Shown piece by piece: positions 25,441 to 34,674 of a stretch of DNA of 64,000 nucleotides. Positions within the stretch are counted from its first letter, which is position 1, and each line of letters begins with the position of its first letter. This stretch comes from Longimicrobiales bacterium (GTDB lineage: Bacteria; Gemmatimonadota; Gemmatimonadetes; Longimicrobiales; RSA9): the NCBI GenBank assembly GCA_035512635.1, contig DATKDR010000019.1:65903-129902 (forward strand), in the 5' to 3' direction. The notes under the pieces are model-generated. The model worked only from the letters and a program-made list of their open reading frames with translations, did no database searches and had not been told where the DNA came from. The position numbers were made by a program, and so were the translations under genes.

Positions 25441-26772
25441 TCAGCGCTCCTCGCGTCGCCCGCGGAAGCGCAGCCAGACGGGCGTGCCGATGAAGCCCCA
25501 GCGGGCACGGAACCCGTTCAGCAGGTAGCGCGTGTAGGACTCCGTCACGCCTTTGGGCTGGTTGGTGAAGACCACGAAAATGGGCGGCTCGATCTCCGCC
25601 TGGGTCCCGTAGTAGAACTTTACCGGACGACCCTGAACATGCGGCGGCTGCTGACGTTGCGCCAGTTGCTCGAGAACTTCGTTCACCTCGCCGGTCGAGA
25701 TCCGACGCTTCCGCTCGGCATCCACCTGGAGGATCAGCTCCAGCGCCTTCTGCACCCGCTGCCCCGTCAGCGCGGAGGTGAAGAGCACGGGCACCCAGCG
25801 CAGCTGCGGGGCGCGCTCATGGATGTGCCGCTCGTACGCGACCGCGGAGTTCGTCTCCTTGGCCTCGACGAGATCCCACTTGTTTGCGACGATGATCAGG
25901 CCGCGGCCCATGTCCCAGGCCTTCTCGGCGACCTTGAGGTCCTGGACCGAGATCTCCTCCGTCGCGTCCACGAGCAGGACGCAGACGTCCGCACGCTCGA
26001 TCGCCCGCTCCGTCCGCAGCGTGCTGTAGAACTCGAGGTCCTCCTTGAGCCGCGCCTGGCGTCGCAGCCCGGCGGTGTCGATGAAAACCAGCCGGCGTCC
26101 GTGGTAGCGGAGCGGCGTGTCGATTGCATCGCGCGTAGTCCCCGCGATCGGGCTCACGACCAGCCGCTCCTCGTTCAGCAGCCGGTTGATGAAGCTCGAC
26201 TTGCCGACGTTCGGCTTGCCGATGACGGCGACGTGCACCGTATCGTCCGGCGCCTCCGCCTCGACGGGCGGCGGCAGCTCGCCGACGATCGCGTCCAGCA
26301 GGTCGCCCGATCCCTTCCCCGACACCGCGCTCACCGGGAGCGGCTCGCCGAGCCCGAGCGACCAGAACTCGTTGTGCGCGGTCTCCTCCGGCAGACGGTC
26401 CATCTTGTTGACCACCAGGACGACGGGGCGCCCGGCCTTCCTGAGCACTTCGGCGATGCTCAGGTCCATCGGGTGCGGCCCGACCTTGCCGTCGACCACG
26501 AAGACGAGCACGTCCGCCTCCTGGATGGCGACCATCACCTGCTCCCGGATGGCCGCGAGCATCGGCTCCTTGTCGTCCGTTACCAGACCGCCCGTGTCGA
26601 CGAGATAGAAATGGTGGCCGGCCCACTCCGCTTCCGCGAAATGGCGGTCGCGCGTGACACCCGGCTGGTCCTGGACGATCGCCAGGCGCTGCCCGAGCAC
26701 GCGGTTGAAGAAGGTCGACTTGCCGACGTTCGGTCGCCCGACGACGGCGACGGTGGGAAGCGGGTGCCTCAC
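25441..26772 (-). CDS. der: Ribosome-associated GTPase Der (EngA), double G-domain
   Basis: 443 aa. It has two G1 motifs, GRPNVGKST and GKPNVGKSS, two DTGG/DTAG motifs, NKMD/NKWD, and a KH-like C-terminus. Confidence 0.9.
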   Translation of the reverse strand: MRHPLPTVAVVGRPNVGKSTFFNRVLGQRLAIVQDQPGVTRDRHFAEAEWAGHHFYLVDTGGLVTDDKEPMLAAIREQVMVAIQEADVLVFVVDGKVGPHPMDLSIAEVLRKAGRPVVLVVNKMDRLPEETAHNEFWSLGLGEPLPVSAVSGKGSGDLLDAIVGELPPPVEAEAPDDTVHVAVIGKPNVGKSSFINRLLNEERLVVSPIAGTTRDAIDTPLRYHGRRLVFIDTAGLRRQARLKEDLEFYSTLRTERAIERADVCVLLVDATEEISVQDLKVAEKAWDMGRGLIIVANKWDLVEAKETNSAVAYERHIHERAPQLRWVPVLFTSALTGQRVQKALELILQVDAERKRRISTGEVNEVLEQLAQRQQPPHVQGRPVKFYYGTQAEIEPPIFVVFTNQPKGVTESYTRYLLNGFRARWGFIGTPVWLRFRGRREER

Positions 26773-28040
26773 GCGGCGAGTGCGGCGATCAGCTCGTGGG
26801 CCGGCACGACCCGCGCGGTGTCGACGGAGGCGCGCAGCGCGGCCAGCGGCAGGTCATCGATGAAGACGTCGTCGTCGTTGAGGGATTCGCCGGGGATGAG
26901 CGCCAGGTCGAAGCGGCCGCGGCCGAGCAGCGCGTCCCGCACGTCCGCGCCCGGCAGCAACCCGGCGGTCGTGACGGTGTCGCCGAAAAGGCGGTTCACC
27001 ACTGGAATCAGCTCCACCGACGCTCCCGTCCGCGCTGCGAGCTGCCCCGCGAGCGGAGCTAGCACCTCGCCCATGCGCGTGCCCGTCACGATCGCCAGGC
27101 GCTGACCCGGCCGCGGCGGCAGCGTCTCCAGCCCGGCCGCGAAACGCTCGAGCAGCACGCGCACCGAGCCCACTCCGTTTTCAGTCAGCGGCCAGTCGTC
27201 GTAGTACGACGCTTCCGGAACCGGCAGACCGGCGCCGAGGAACATCTCGTCCGCCGCATAGACCCAGCCCGTGCCCCGCTCACGCAGTGCGCGCGAGCGC
27301 GCGACTTCCAGGCGCTCGATGGCGGCGCGCTGCTCGTCCGCCGTCAGGTGCCGGACCGGACGATCGACGTTGTAGCGCGTCAGGCCCACCGGCACGATGG
27401 ACAGCGACACCACGCCCTCTCCCAGCGACCACAGGTCGTCGATCGTCCGGTCGAGGTGGAGGCCGTCGTTCCAGTCCGGGCAGAGGACCACCTGCGTGTG
27501 CACCTCGATGCCCGCATCGGTCAGACGCTCGAGCTGCTCCAGGATGTCGCCGCCCCGCGGCACGCCCAGGATGCGCTCCCGCACGTGCGGCTCCGTCGCA
27601 TGCACGCTCACGTACAGGGGTGACAGCCGCTGATCGATGAGCCGCTGAAAGCCGCGCCGCCCCAGGTTCGTCAGCGTGACGTAGTTGCCGTACGTGAACG
27701 ACAGGCGGAAATCGTCGTCCCGCATGTGCAGCGTCTGGCGAACACCCGCCGGATTCCCGTCGATGAAGCAGAAGACGCACTTGTTGGCGCACTCGCGCAC
27801 CGCGTCCGGCGCCGGGATGATGCCCAGCGACTCGCCCGCGTCCTTCTCGATCTCGTAGATCGTGCCTGCGCCCCCCTGCCCGGATACGACCTCGACTTCG
27901 ACGGTCGAATCGGCCTCCAGGAAGCGGAAGTCGATCGAGTCGCGGATCGCCTCGCCGTTGATGCGCACGACACGGCTGCCGATCTCGAGCGACAGCTCGT
28001 GGGCAATCGTGCCCGGCAGAATCTGCTGGATGCGCACCAT
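26769..28040 (-). CDS. PDZ / radical-SAM-like / DUF512 protein
   Basis: 423 aa. The N-terminal PDZ-like region reads ILPGTIAHELSLEIGSRVVRINGE, with Cys cluster CANKCVFCF, then SFTYGNYVTLTNL...VHTQVVLCPDWNDG. Its stop overlaps the der start. Confidence 0.7.
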   Translation of the reverse strand: MVRIQQILPGTIAHELSLEIGSRVVRINGEAIRDSIDFRFLEADSTVEVEVVSGQGGAGTIYEIEKDAGESLGIIPAPDAVRECANKCVFCFIDGNPAGVRQTLHMRDDDFRLSFTYGNYVTLTNLGRRGFQRLIDQRLSPLYVSVHATEPHVRERILGVPRGGDILEQLERLTDAGIEVHTQVVLCPDWNDGLHLDRTIDDLWSLGEGVVSLSIVPVGLTRYNVDRPVRHLTADEQRAAIERLEVARSRALRERGTGWVYAADEMFLGAGLPVPEASYYDDWPLTENGVGSVRVLLERFAAGLETLPPRPGQRLAIVTGTRMGEVLAPLAGQLAARTGASVELIPVVNRLFGDTVTTAGLLPGADVRDALLGRGRFDLALIPGESLNDDDVFIDDLPLAALRASVDTARVVPAHELIAALAA

Positions 28041-28080
28041 CGATCAGGTCCTGAATCAATGCATGAAATGGAGAGCCCTA

Positions 28081-28109
28081 AGGCTAACACAAACAACGGC
28101 TTCGTTCAA
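28081..28109 (-). promoter_or_regulatory. Candidate sigma70-like promoter for the DUF512-der string
   Basis: Minus strand reads TTGAAC (28104-28109), 17 nt, TAGCCT (28081-28086). It sits directly after the terminator hairpin, roughly 40 nt upstream of the ATG at 28040. Confidence 0.3.
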
Positions 28110-28112
28110 TCG

Positions 28113-28147
28113 CAAAGAAGGGGCGCAGCCCTCTCGGACCGCGCCCC
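28113..28147 (-). terminator. Intrinsic terminator after the TPR lipoprotein gene
   Basis: Minus strand reads GGGGCGC-ggtccgagagggct-GCGCCCC followed by TTCTTTG. It starts about 25 nt after the stop at 28175. Confidence 0.6.
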
Positions 28148-28174
28148 TCCCCCACGTCGTTTTGGCTGCCCGAG

Positions 28175-29680
28175 CTACTCGATGCGTTCGTAGCGCCAGC
28201 CGGCGATCTCGCCCTGCACCTCGACGACGGTGCGGAAGGACCTGCTCTCCTCGCGCGCAGGTGCTGCGACGGTCACGTCCTGCGTGCCGAGCGCCGCGCC
28301 CGTGGGACCGACGATCGTGAACCGCAGACCGATGGGGGCGCCCGGATTCAGCCCCAGGTTCTCCACCGCGCCCGAGATCTCGATGCGACCGGGCCCGACC
28401 TGGGTCATGGCCACGTTCGTGACGTCGAACGGCAGCTCCCCGACCTCCTGAAGCAGCGCGGCGAGGCGGTTGCGCCACTGGGTCGTGGCGGCTCCGCTCG
28501 TGATGTCGGCCAGGCTGCGATACGAGCTGGCCAGCACGATTCCGGCGATCCGGCTGTAGGGGTCGATCTCGCGTAGCGCGGTCCCGATCTGGACCAGCCG
28601 CTCGTAGAGGGGCTCCAGCTCGGCGTTGCCGGCACCCTCTTCGCGCAGCGCGTTCGCCTGCGCGAGGAGCGCCTGCGACAGGTTGAAGACGGCGTCGCGG
28701 AAGTGGGGGTTGGCGGCGACCGCGCGCTCGAACGCCGTCACGGCATCGTCGAAGCGGCCCGCATTGAAGAGGCCGATGCCGATCTGATAGTACTCCTGCT
28801 CGGACAGGCCCTCCATGTTGAGCACGTCGCTGAAGAGCGCGCCTGCCTCCGCCTCCTCCCCGGCAGCGGAGAGGGCGAGGGCGAGCTGGACCTTCACCGC
28901 TGCGTCCTCGGGATGCTCCGCGACGTACTCGCGGTAAAGCCGGATCGCGTCGGCCGGCCGGTTCATCCGCTGGTAGACCTGGGCCATGTTGAAGATGACG
29001 GTGCTCTCCTGCTCCGCCCAGTTCGCCTGCACCTCGGGTGTCATGTACTGCACGTCCTCGCTGCGCAGCGTCTCGAGCGCCCTCCCGTACCATTCGAGGG
29101 CGCGCTCGTACTCGCCCCGATTGGTGTAGATGATGCCCAGGTTCACGCGCGCTTCGGGGCGGTCCTGATAGACGCGATCGGCGAGGAGCATCTTCTCGAC
29201 GGCGAGGTCCTCGTCGTTCTGCTGGAGCGCCTGCACCGCCGAGTTGTACAGGCTGATCCAGGCGTTCTGTCGGCGGGGCCCCGTCTCCAGGACGTAGCGG
29301 GGATAGATCTCCTCCGCCCGATCGAGCATCTGCCCGCCCTCCTCGTACTGCCCGAGACCGATCAGCGCGATGCCGGCCTGATAGTAGCCGAGAGCGTTGT
29401 TCGGCTCGTTCTGGATCGAGAGCCGCGCCTGCTCGAGCGCCTGCGCGTATTCGGCGCGCTTCTCGTCGGCGCCGGCGGTCCTCTCCGCCTGGTCGAGGTA
29501 GATCTGCGCGCTGCGCGTCCAGACGTTGCGCGACGGCTCCGTGCCCGGCGGAAACGTCCGCTCCGGCACGCCATTCGACGGAGTCGGCTGCGTGTCGGTG
29601 GTGGTGCCTGTGCCGGACGCGCATGCGGTGGCCACCAGGCCGACCGTGAGCGCCAGTAGCAGACGACTGCGGCTATGCAT
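28175..29680 (-). CDS. TPR-repeat lipoprotein
   Basis: 501 aa. Signal peptide with lipobox LVATAC. It has multiple TPR-like units (ALGYYQAGIALIGLGQYEEG, NLGIIYTNRGEYERALEWYGRAL, YYQIGIGLFNAGRFDDAVTAFERAV) and a beta-rich C-terminal domain. Confidence 0.75.
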   Translation of the reverse strand: MHSRSRLLLALTVGLVATACASGTGTTTDTQPTPSNGVPERTFPPGTEPSRNVWTRSAQIYLDQAERTAGADEKRAEYAQALEQARLSIQNEPNNALGYYQAGIALIGLGQYEEGGQMLDRAEEIYPRYVLETGPRRQNAWISLYNSAVQALQQNDEDLAVEKMLLADRVYQDRPEARVNLGIIYTNRGEYERALEWYGRALETLRSEDVQYMTPEVQANWAEQESTVIFNMAQVYQRMNRPADAIRLYREYVAEHPEDAAVKVQLALALSAAGEEAEAGALFSDVLNMEGLSEQEYYQIGIGLFNAGRFDDAVTAFERAVAANPHFRDAVFNLSQALLAQANALREEGAGNAELEPLYERLVQIGTALREIDPYSRIAGIVLASSYRSLADITSGAATTQWRNRLAALLQEVGELPFDVTNVAMTQVGPGRIEISGAVENLGLNPGAPIGLRFTIVGPTGAALGTQDVTVAAPAREESRSFRTVVEVQGEIAGWRYERIE

Positions 29681-29714
29681 CGGGAACCTCCCGTTCCAGG
29701 TTGCGATTCAATTA

Positions 29715-29765
29715 CCGTATACCGTCTCCGTATACCGTATACGGATTACGGATCACGGATCACGG
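29715..29765. repeat. Cluster of short direct repeats, a palindrome and four tandem heptamers
   Basis: CCGTATACCGT occurs twice (29715-29725 and 29728-29738). The palindrome CCGTATACGG lies at 29735-29744. The heptamers TATACGG/ATTACGG/ATCACGG/ATCACGG span 29738-29765 and run into the last larC codons. Confidence 0.8.
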
Positions 29766-30916
29766 ACTATCCGCTCCACTGCCGCCCTCACCTCCAGCGG
29801 CGGCATTCCCTCCGCCCGCGCCGCCCGCACGACGTCGTCGTACTCGGGCTTGCTGCGGACGGTCCCATCCGAAAGGCGCACCTGTTTCACGCCGATGCGG
29901 TGCCCGCGCCACTCGATGACGGTTTCGTTCCGCTCCAGGACCGGCCGCTCCACGCGCCAGTGCCGGAGCCCGATGGTGCTCGTCGACCGGTACAGCGCCT
30001 CGATCACGGCCGGCAGGCTCGCCTCATCGGTCAGGGCTTCAAATCTCAGGCCCGGTCGCCCCTTTTTCATGTCGATCCGGAGCACCGTTGCGTCACGCGC
30101 GCCAGCCTCCAGCAGCGCCTGCTGCGCGGCCGGCACGTATTCGGCCGACATGTCGTCGACGTCGGCCTGAACCACCACCATGGCTCCGTCTCCGGATCCC
30201 CCCACCCTGCACTCGATGAGGCGGAGGCAGTTCGGCCGGTCCTCGGGGTCTCGCGTGCCCGCGCCGTAGCCCGCGCGTCCCAGCAGCACGTCGGCCGGAA
30301 CGCGCTTCCCTTCCGTCAGCGCCGTCAGCAGGGCCGCGCCGGTGGGCGTGGTGCACTCCCCCTCGAAGCCCGTCTCACGGACGGCGTATCCCTCCAGCAG
30401 CCGCGCGGTCGCGGGCGCCGGGACCGGGTAGCGCCCGTGCTTGATGGCGACCGTGCCCGTGCCGATCGCGATCGGACGGTAGTAGAACGTCTCGTAGCCG
30501 AGGCGCTCCATGCCCGCCATTCCGCACAGCACGTCCAGGATCGAGTCGAGCGCGCCGACCTCGTGGAAATGGACCTTCTCGACCGTCGTACCGTGGATGG
30601 CCGCTTCCGCCTCCGCGATCCTGCGGAACACGTCGCTCGAGCGGGCGCGAACGGCGTCCGACACGGGCGCGCGCTCGATGATCTCGACGACGTGCCGTAA
30701 ATGCCGGTGCTCATGCTGCCGCGGCAGCTCGAAACGCACCGTGCCGCAGCGGATGCCGCGCCGGTCCGCCCGGCCGGTCTCGACGCCGACCCCTTCCAGA
30801 CCCAGGCCGGCGACGAATGCGCTCAGCCACTCCGGCTCGAGGCCCAGGTCGACCAGCGCGCCCAGAATCATGTCTCCGGCGATGCCGGCGAATGGGTCGA
30901 AAATGAGTGCCTTCAC
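29753..30916 (-). CDS. larC: LarC-family nickel-insertion protein (DUF111)
   Basis: Track ORF 29753..31096 trimmed to the GTG at 30914-30916, with GGAG 9 nt upstream. VKALIFDPFAGIAGDMILGALVDLG...HRHL...VHFHEVGALDSILDV...TPTGAALL. Confidence 0.75.
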   Translation of the reverse strand: MKALIFDPFAGIAGDMILGALVDLGLEPEWLSAFVAGLGLEGVGVETGRADRRGIRCGTVRFELPRQHEHRHLRHVVEIIERAPVSDAVRARSSDVFRRIAEAEAAIHGTTVEKVHFHEVGALDSILDVLCGMAGMERLGYETFYYRPIAIGTGTVAIKHGRYPVPAPATARLLEGYAVRETGFEGECTTPTGAALLTALTEGKRVPADVLLGRAGYGAGTRDPEDRPNCLRLIECRVGGSGDGAMVVVQADVDDMSAEYVPAAQQALLEAGARDATVLRIDMKKGRPGLRFEALTDEASLPAVIEALYRSTSTIGLRHWRVERPVLERNETVIEWRGHRIGVKQVRLSDGTVRSKPEYDDVVRAARAEGMPPLEVRAAVERIVRDP

Positions 30917-30980
30917 CGCATTCTCCGCCGATGCATCCGGTGCAGCGCGGGCGGCAAGGTAGAGGCGACCGGAAAGACCG

Positions 30981-32864
30981 TCAAACGTCGCCCGGTGTGG
31001 TGCCGGTTGCCACGCGATCCGCGGGCCCGGCTGTCCCGTGCAGGTGGCGGTGGATCGCTTCGGCCAGGCGACGGGAGAAGCCCGGTACCATGGCAATGGC
31101 CTCCGGCGTCGCTTCGCGCAGCGCCCGGACGCTGCCGAAGTGGCGGAGGAGCGCCGTCTGGCGCGTCGGCCCGATCCCGGGAATATCGCCCAGCTCGCTG
31201 CGCAGCGTCCGCTTCGTCCGCAGCTTCCGGTTGTAGCCGATGGCGAAGCGGTGCGCCTCGTCCCGGATCCGCTGCAGCAGCCGGAGCGCGGGTGCGGAGC
31301 GCGGCAGGCGGATCGGCAGCGGACGGTCCGGCCGGTAGACCTCCTCTTCCCGCTTCGCCAGGGCGCAGATCTCGAGGCTCTCGAGTCCCAGCCGGTCGAG
31401 CACCTCGCGCGCTGCGGACAACTGCCCCTTGCCTCCGTCGATCACGATCAGGTCAGGCAGCGGCCGCTGTTCCTCGACGCGCCGCTTCAGGTGCCGCTCG
31501 AGCACCTCCGCCATCGACCGGAAGTCGTCGTTGCCCCACTCGCCGCGCACGCGGAAGCGCCGGTACTCCGCCTTCCACGGCTCGGCGTTCCGGAACGCCA
31601 CCCCGCTCGCCACCACCTCGCTCCCCTGCGTGTGCGACACGTCGAAGCAGACGATGAAGCGCGGTACGTTCGTCAGCTCCAACGCCTCCTGGAGCTCGTA
31701 GAGCACATCGTCCGCGCGTCGGTCCGCGACCTCGCTCAGCAGCGCCTGCTCCTCCAGCAGATGACGCGCGTTCTGGTGCGCCAGGTCCACCAGTCGCGCC
31801 TTCTCCCCGCGCCGCGGCACATGCGCGTGCACTCGACGGCTCGACTCCTCCGAGAGGATCTCCGCCAGGCTCCCCATGTCCTCGAAGTCGTCTGGGAACA
31901 GGATCTCCCGCGGCAGGTCGGCCCGCCCATACTCGCCGCGACCCAGGTAGAAGCGGAGCGCGGCCGTCGACAGCAGCTCCTCGTCCGGCTCGCCCTCGAC
32001 GTTGTCGAACAGGTCCATCTCTCGGCCCAGCAGCTTGCCGCCGCGAATGCGAAGCTGCACCGCGCACGCGCGGTCGCCGTCGCGCGCATAACCGATCACG
32101 TCCTGGTCGCCGCCGCGCACGTCCAGCATCCGCTGGCGCCGCTCCATCACGTCCAGCCCGGCCAGCGCGTCGCGCAGCCCGGCCGCCCGCTCGAAATCGA
32201 GCGCTGCCGAGGCCTCCGCCATCTCGCGGGCCACCCGCTTCCGCACGGGCCCGACCGCGCCGCCCAGCACCTCGAGCATCTCCCCGATCATCGCCCTGTA
32301 GTCGGGCTCGGACTGGAAGCCCACGCACGGCGCCTTGCAGCGTCCGATGTGGTAGTCCAGGCACGGCCGGTCCGGCGCCTCCCGCGGCAGGTCGTAGCGG
32401 CAGCTACGCACCGTGTACAGCCGCTTCATCAGCTCGAGCGCCTGCCGCAGCAGTCCCACCTCCGTGTACGGCCCGAAATAGCGCGAGCCGTCGTTGTCAA
32501 GCCGACGCGTCACCCAGACACGCGGGAACGGCTCGTGGACCGTCACCTTGATGTACGGATACTTCTTGTCGTCGCGCAGCTGGATGTTGAAGCGCGGGTG
32601 GTGCGCCTTGATCAGGTTCGCCTCGAGCAGCAGCGCTTCCGCCTCCGACCCGCAGACGATGGTGTCCACATCGCCGATGCGACGCACCATCTCGCGATTC
32701 TTGAGCGACGTGGCGTCATCGATCGCGAAATGATTGCGCACGCGGGCGCGCAGCGAGTTCGCCTTGCCGACGTACAGGATCTCGCCTGCGGCGTCCTTGA
32801 ACAGGTAGACGCCGGGACTCGCCGGCAGGTGCCGCAGCTTGCTCTGGAGGTCCGTCTCGCTCAC
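30981..32864 (-). CDS. uvrC: Excinuclease ABC subunit C
   Basis: 627 aa, GTG start. GIY-YIG domain (PGVYLFKDAAGEILYVGKANSLRARV), a UVR domain, the endonuclease domain, and a C-terminal (HhH)2 (IPGIGPTRQTALLRHFGS). Confidence 0.9.
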   Translation of the reverse strand: MSETDLQSKLRHLPASPGVYLFKDAAGEILYVGKANSLRARVRNHFAIDDATSLKNREMVRRIGDVDTIVCGSEAEALLLEANLIKAHHPRFNIQLRDDKKYPYIKVTVHEPFPRVWVTRRLDNDGSRYFGPYTEVGLLRQALELMKRLYTVRSCRYDLPREAPDRPCLDYHIGRCKAPCVGFQSEPDYRAMIGEMLEVLGGAVGPVRKRVAREMAEASAALDFERAAGLRDALAGLDVMERRQRMLDVRGGDQDVIGYARDGDRACAVQLRIRGGKLLGREMDLFDNVEGEPDEELLSTAALRFYLGRGEYGRADLPREILFPDDFEDMGSLAEILSEESSRRVHAHVPRRGEKARLVDLAHQNARHLLEEQALLSEVADRRADDVLYELQEALELTNVPRFIVCFDVSHTQGSEVVASGVAFRNAEPWKAEYRRFRVRGEWGNDDFRSMAEVLERHLKRRVEEQRPLPDLIVIDGGKGQLSAAREVLDRLGLESLEICALAKREEEVYRPDRPLPIRLPRSAPALRLLQRIRDEAHRFAIGYNRKLRTKRTLRSELGDIPGIGPTRQTALLRHFGSVRALREATPEAIAMVPGFSRRLAEAIHRHLHGTAGPADRVATGTTPGDV

Positions 32865-32991
32865 CGGAGATGCTTTCGGAAGTGTTGGTTCGAGGCGCGA
32901 ACGTGCGCCATCGGCGCCGGTGTTCCTACCCCGGAAGCGGCACGCGGAGCCCCGTGCGCGCGACCCCGCAGCCTCCTTTGCGCGGCCGGAC

Positions 32992-34674
32992 TCAGCCGCC
33001 GCGTCGGCGGAAGCGGCCCAGCACCCGGCCCAAGAGGAGGGAGGCCTGATCCAGCCCCAGCCGGCTCGCGATGGCGAAATAGAGCACCGCGTACACGGGC
33101 AGCACGATGACCCCGGTGATCAGCGGACTCATCTCCGGCAGCCACCATTCGACGGCCCGCGCGACACCGCCCGCGAGCAGGGCGGCCAGGAACATTCGGC
33201 CCAACGCGTGCCGGCCGGTACCGACGGTGCCGATGCGGGGCTTCAGGGAGCGGCGCAGCAGCCACCATTCCACCCAGGCGGCGGTGCCGGCGCCGAGCGC
33301 GAGACCAACCGGGCCGAGCCGCTTTCCCGGCGCGAGCTCGTAGCGATCGAGAAGCACCATCAGGCTGGCGCCGAGTGCAGCCGCGAGCACCACGCGTACC
33401 ACCGCGTACTTCGCGGGTGTCTTCGTGTCCTGCAGCGCGAAGAAGGCGGAGGAGAAGAGGCGCGTCGCCGTGGATGCGACGAGCCCGATGCTGAACGCGG
33501 CCAGCGTCATGGCGACGAGGATCGTATCGTATTCGTCGAAGCGGCCGCGTTCGTACAGCGCGCCCACGACGACGTCGCCGAGCAGCACGTAGCCGATCAG
33601 CGACGGCACCACGAAGAACGAGATCTGTTCCAGCCCGCGGTTCACCCGCGTGCGCAGCACCGCGCCGGTCTGTCCCCGCTCGCGCGCCAGCTCCGGCAGC
33701 TCGGCCGCGGCGACCGACATGCCGAACAGGCTGATCGGCAGGACGTAAAGCGTCTGGGCGAAGCCGATCACGGCGACGGCGCCGGCCGCCAGAAATGACG
33801 CCAGGAACAGGTCGAGCCAGCCGCTCAGCTGGACCACGCCGCGCCCCATGATCGCGGGCGTCGCGTTCCGCACCGTCGTGCGCACGCCTTCCAGCCTGGT
33901 GTCCCAGCGCACGCGGAGGCTGCGCTCGACCCTGACGACGAAGGGTACCTGGATCAGGAACTGGAGGGCGCCGCCGAGGAGAGCGCCCCAGGCGAGGGCG
34001 CTCGCCAGGCGAACCGGCTCCATGCGCTCGCCGAAGATGAGCATGGTCGCGATCATCGCGGCGTTCCAGAGCACGGGCGCGACGTACGGCACGAAGAAGC
34101 GCCGGTGGCTGTTGAGGACGCCGAGCGCCCAGGCGGACAGCACCAGAATGCCGGTCATCGGGAAGATGATGCGCACGAGCGCGACGGTGAGCGCATAGCG
34201 CCCGTCGTCGAAGCGCGCCTCGTAGAAGCCGTACGCGAAGACGCGTACGAGCAGCGGGGCGAGCAGCAGACCGATCAGCGCGAGGCCGCCAGCGACCGCC
34301 GCCAGCAGCGCGAAGATCGCTCCCGCGACGCGACCCGCATCCTCCTTCCTTCCCCGCTCGAGCAGCTCGGAGTAGACCGGGATGAACGACGCGCTGAGCA
34401 CGCCCTCGCCGAGCAGATTCTGCAGCACGTTCGGCATGCGCAGCGCGGCGCGGAACGCGTCGGCGGCGCCCCCCGCGCCGAAGTAATTCGAGAACACGCC
34501 CTCGCGAACCAGGCCGGCGATGCGGCTGAGGAAGATGCCGGTGGCCACGAGCTGCGCGGACATCCCGCTGGGACGCGCGGAGCCGGCGGGGACGGATTCC
34601 GCGGGCCGACTGCCGGGCTCGGAGACCTCGCTCTCGATGGGGTCCGGCGGGACGGAGTCGGAGGGCGGACGCAT
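32992..34674 (-). CDS. murJ: Lipid II flippase MurJ (MviN)
   Basis: Track ORF 32992..34698. I prefer the ATG at 34672-34674, which shares its A with the bshC stop (TGATG). SRIAGLVREGVFSNYFGAGGAADAFRAALRMPNVLQNLLGEGVLSASFIPVYS. The start remains uncertain; 34698 is the alternative. Confidence 0.85.
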   Translation of the reverse strand: MRPPSDSVPPDPIESEVSEPGSRPAESVPAGSARPSGMSAQLVATGIFLSRIAGLVREGVFSNYFGAGGAADAFRAALRMPNVLQNLLGEGVLSASFIPVYSELLERGRKEDAGRVAGAIFALLAAVAGGLALIGLLLAPLLVRVFAYGFYEARFDDGRYALTVALVRIIFPMTGILVLSAWALGVLNSHRRFFVPYVAPVLWNAAMIATMLIFGERMEPVRLASALAWGALLGGALQFLIQVPFVVRVERSLRVRWDTRLEGVRTTVRNATPAIMGRGVVQLSGWLDLFLASFLAAGAVAVIGFAQTLYVLPISLFGMSVAAAELPELARERGQTGAVLRTRVNRGLEQISFFVVPSLIGYVLLGDVVVGALYERGRFDEYDTILVAMTLAAFSIGLVASTATRLFSSAFFALQDTKTPAKYAVVRVVLAAALGASLMVLLDRYELAPGKRLGPVGLALGAGTAAWVEWWLLRRSLKPRIGTVGTGRHALGRMFLAALLAGGVARAVEWWLPEMSPLITGVIVLPVYAVLYFAIASRLGLDQASLLLGRVLGRFRRRGG

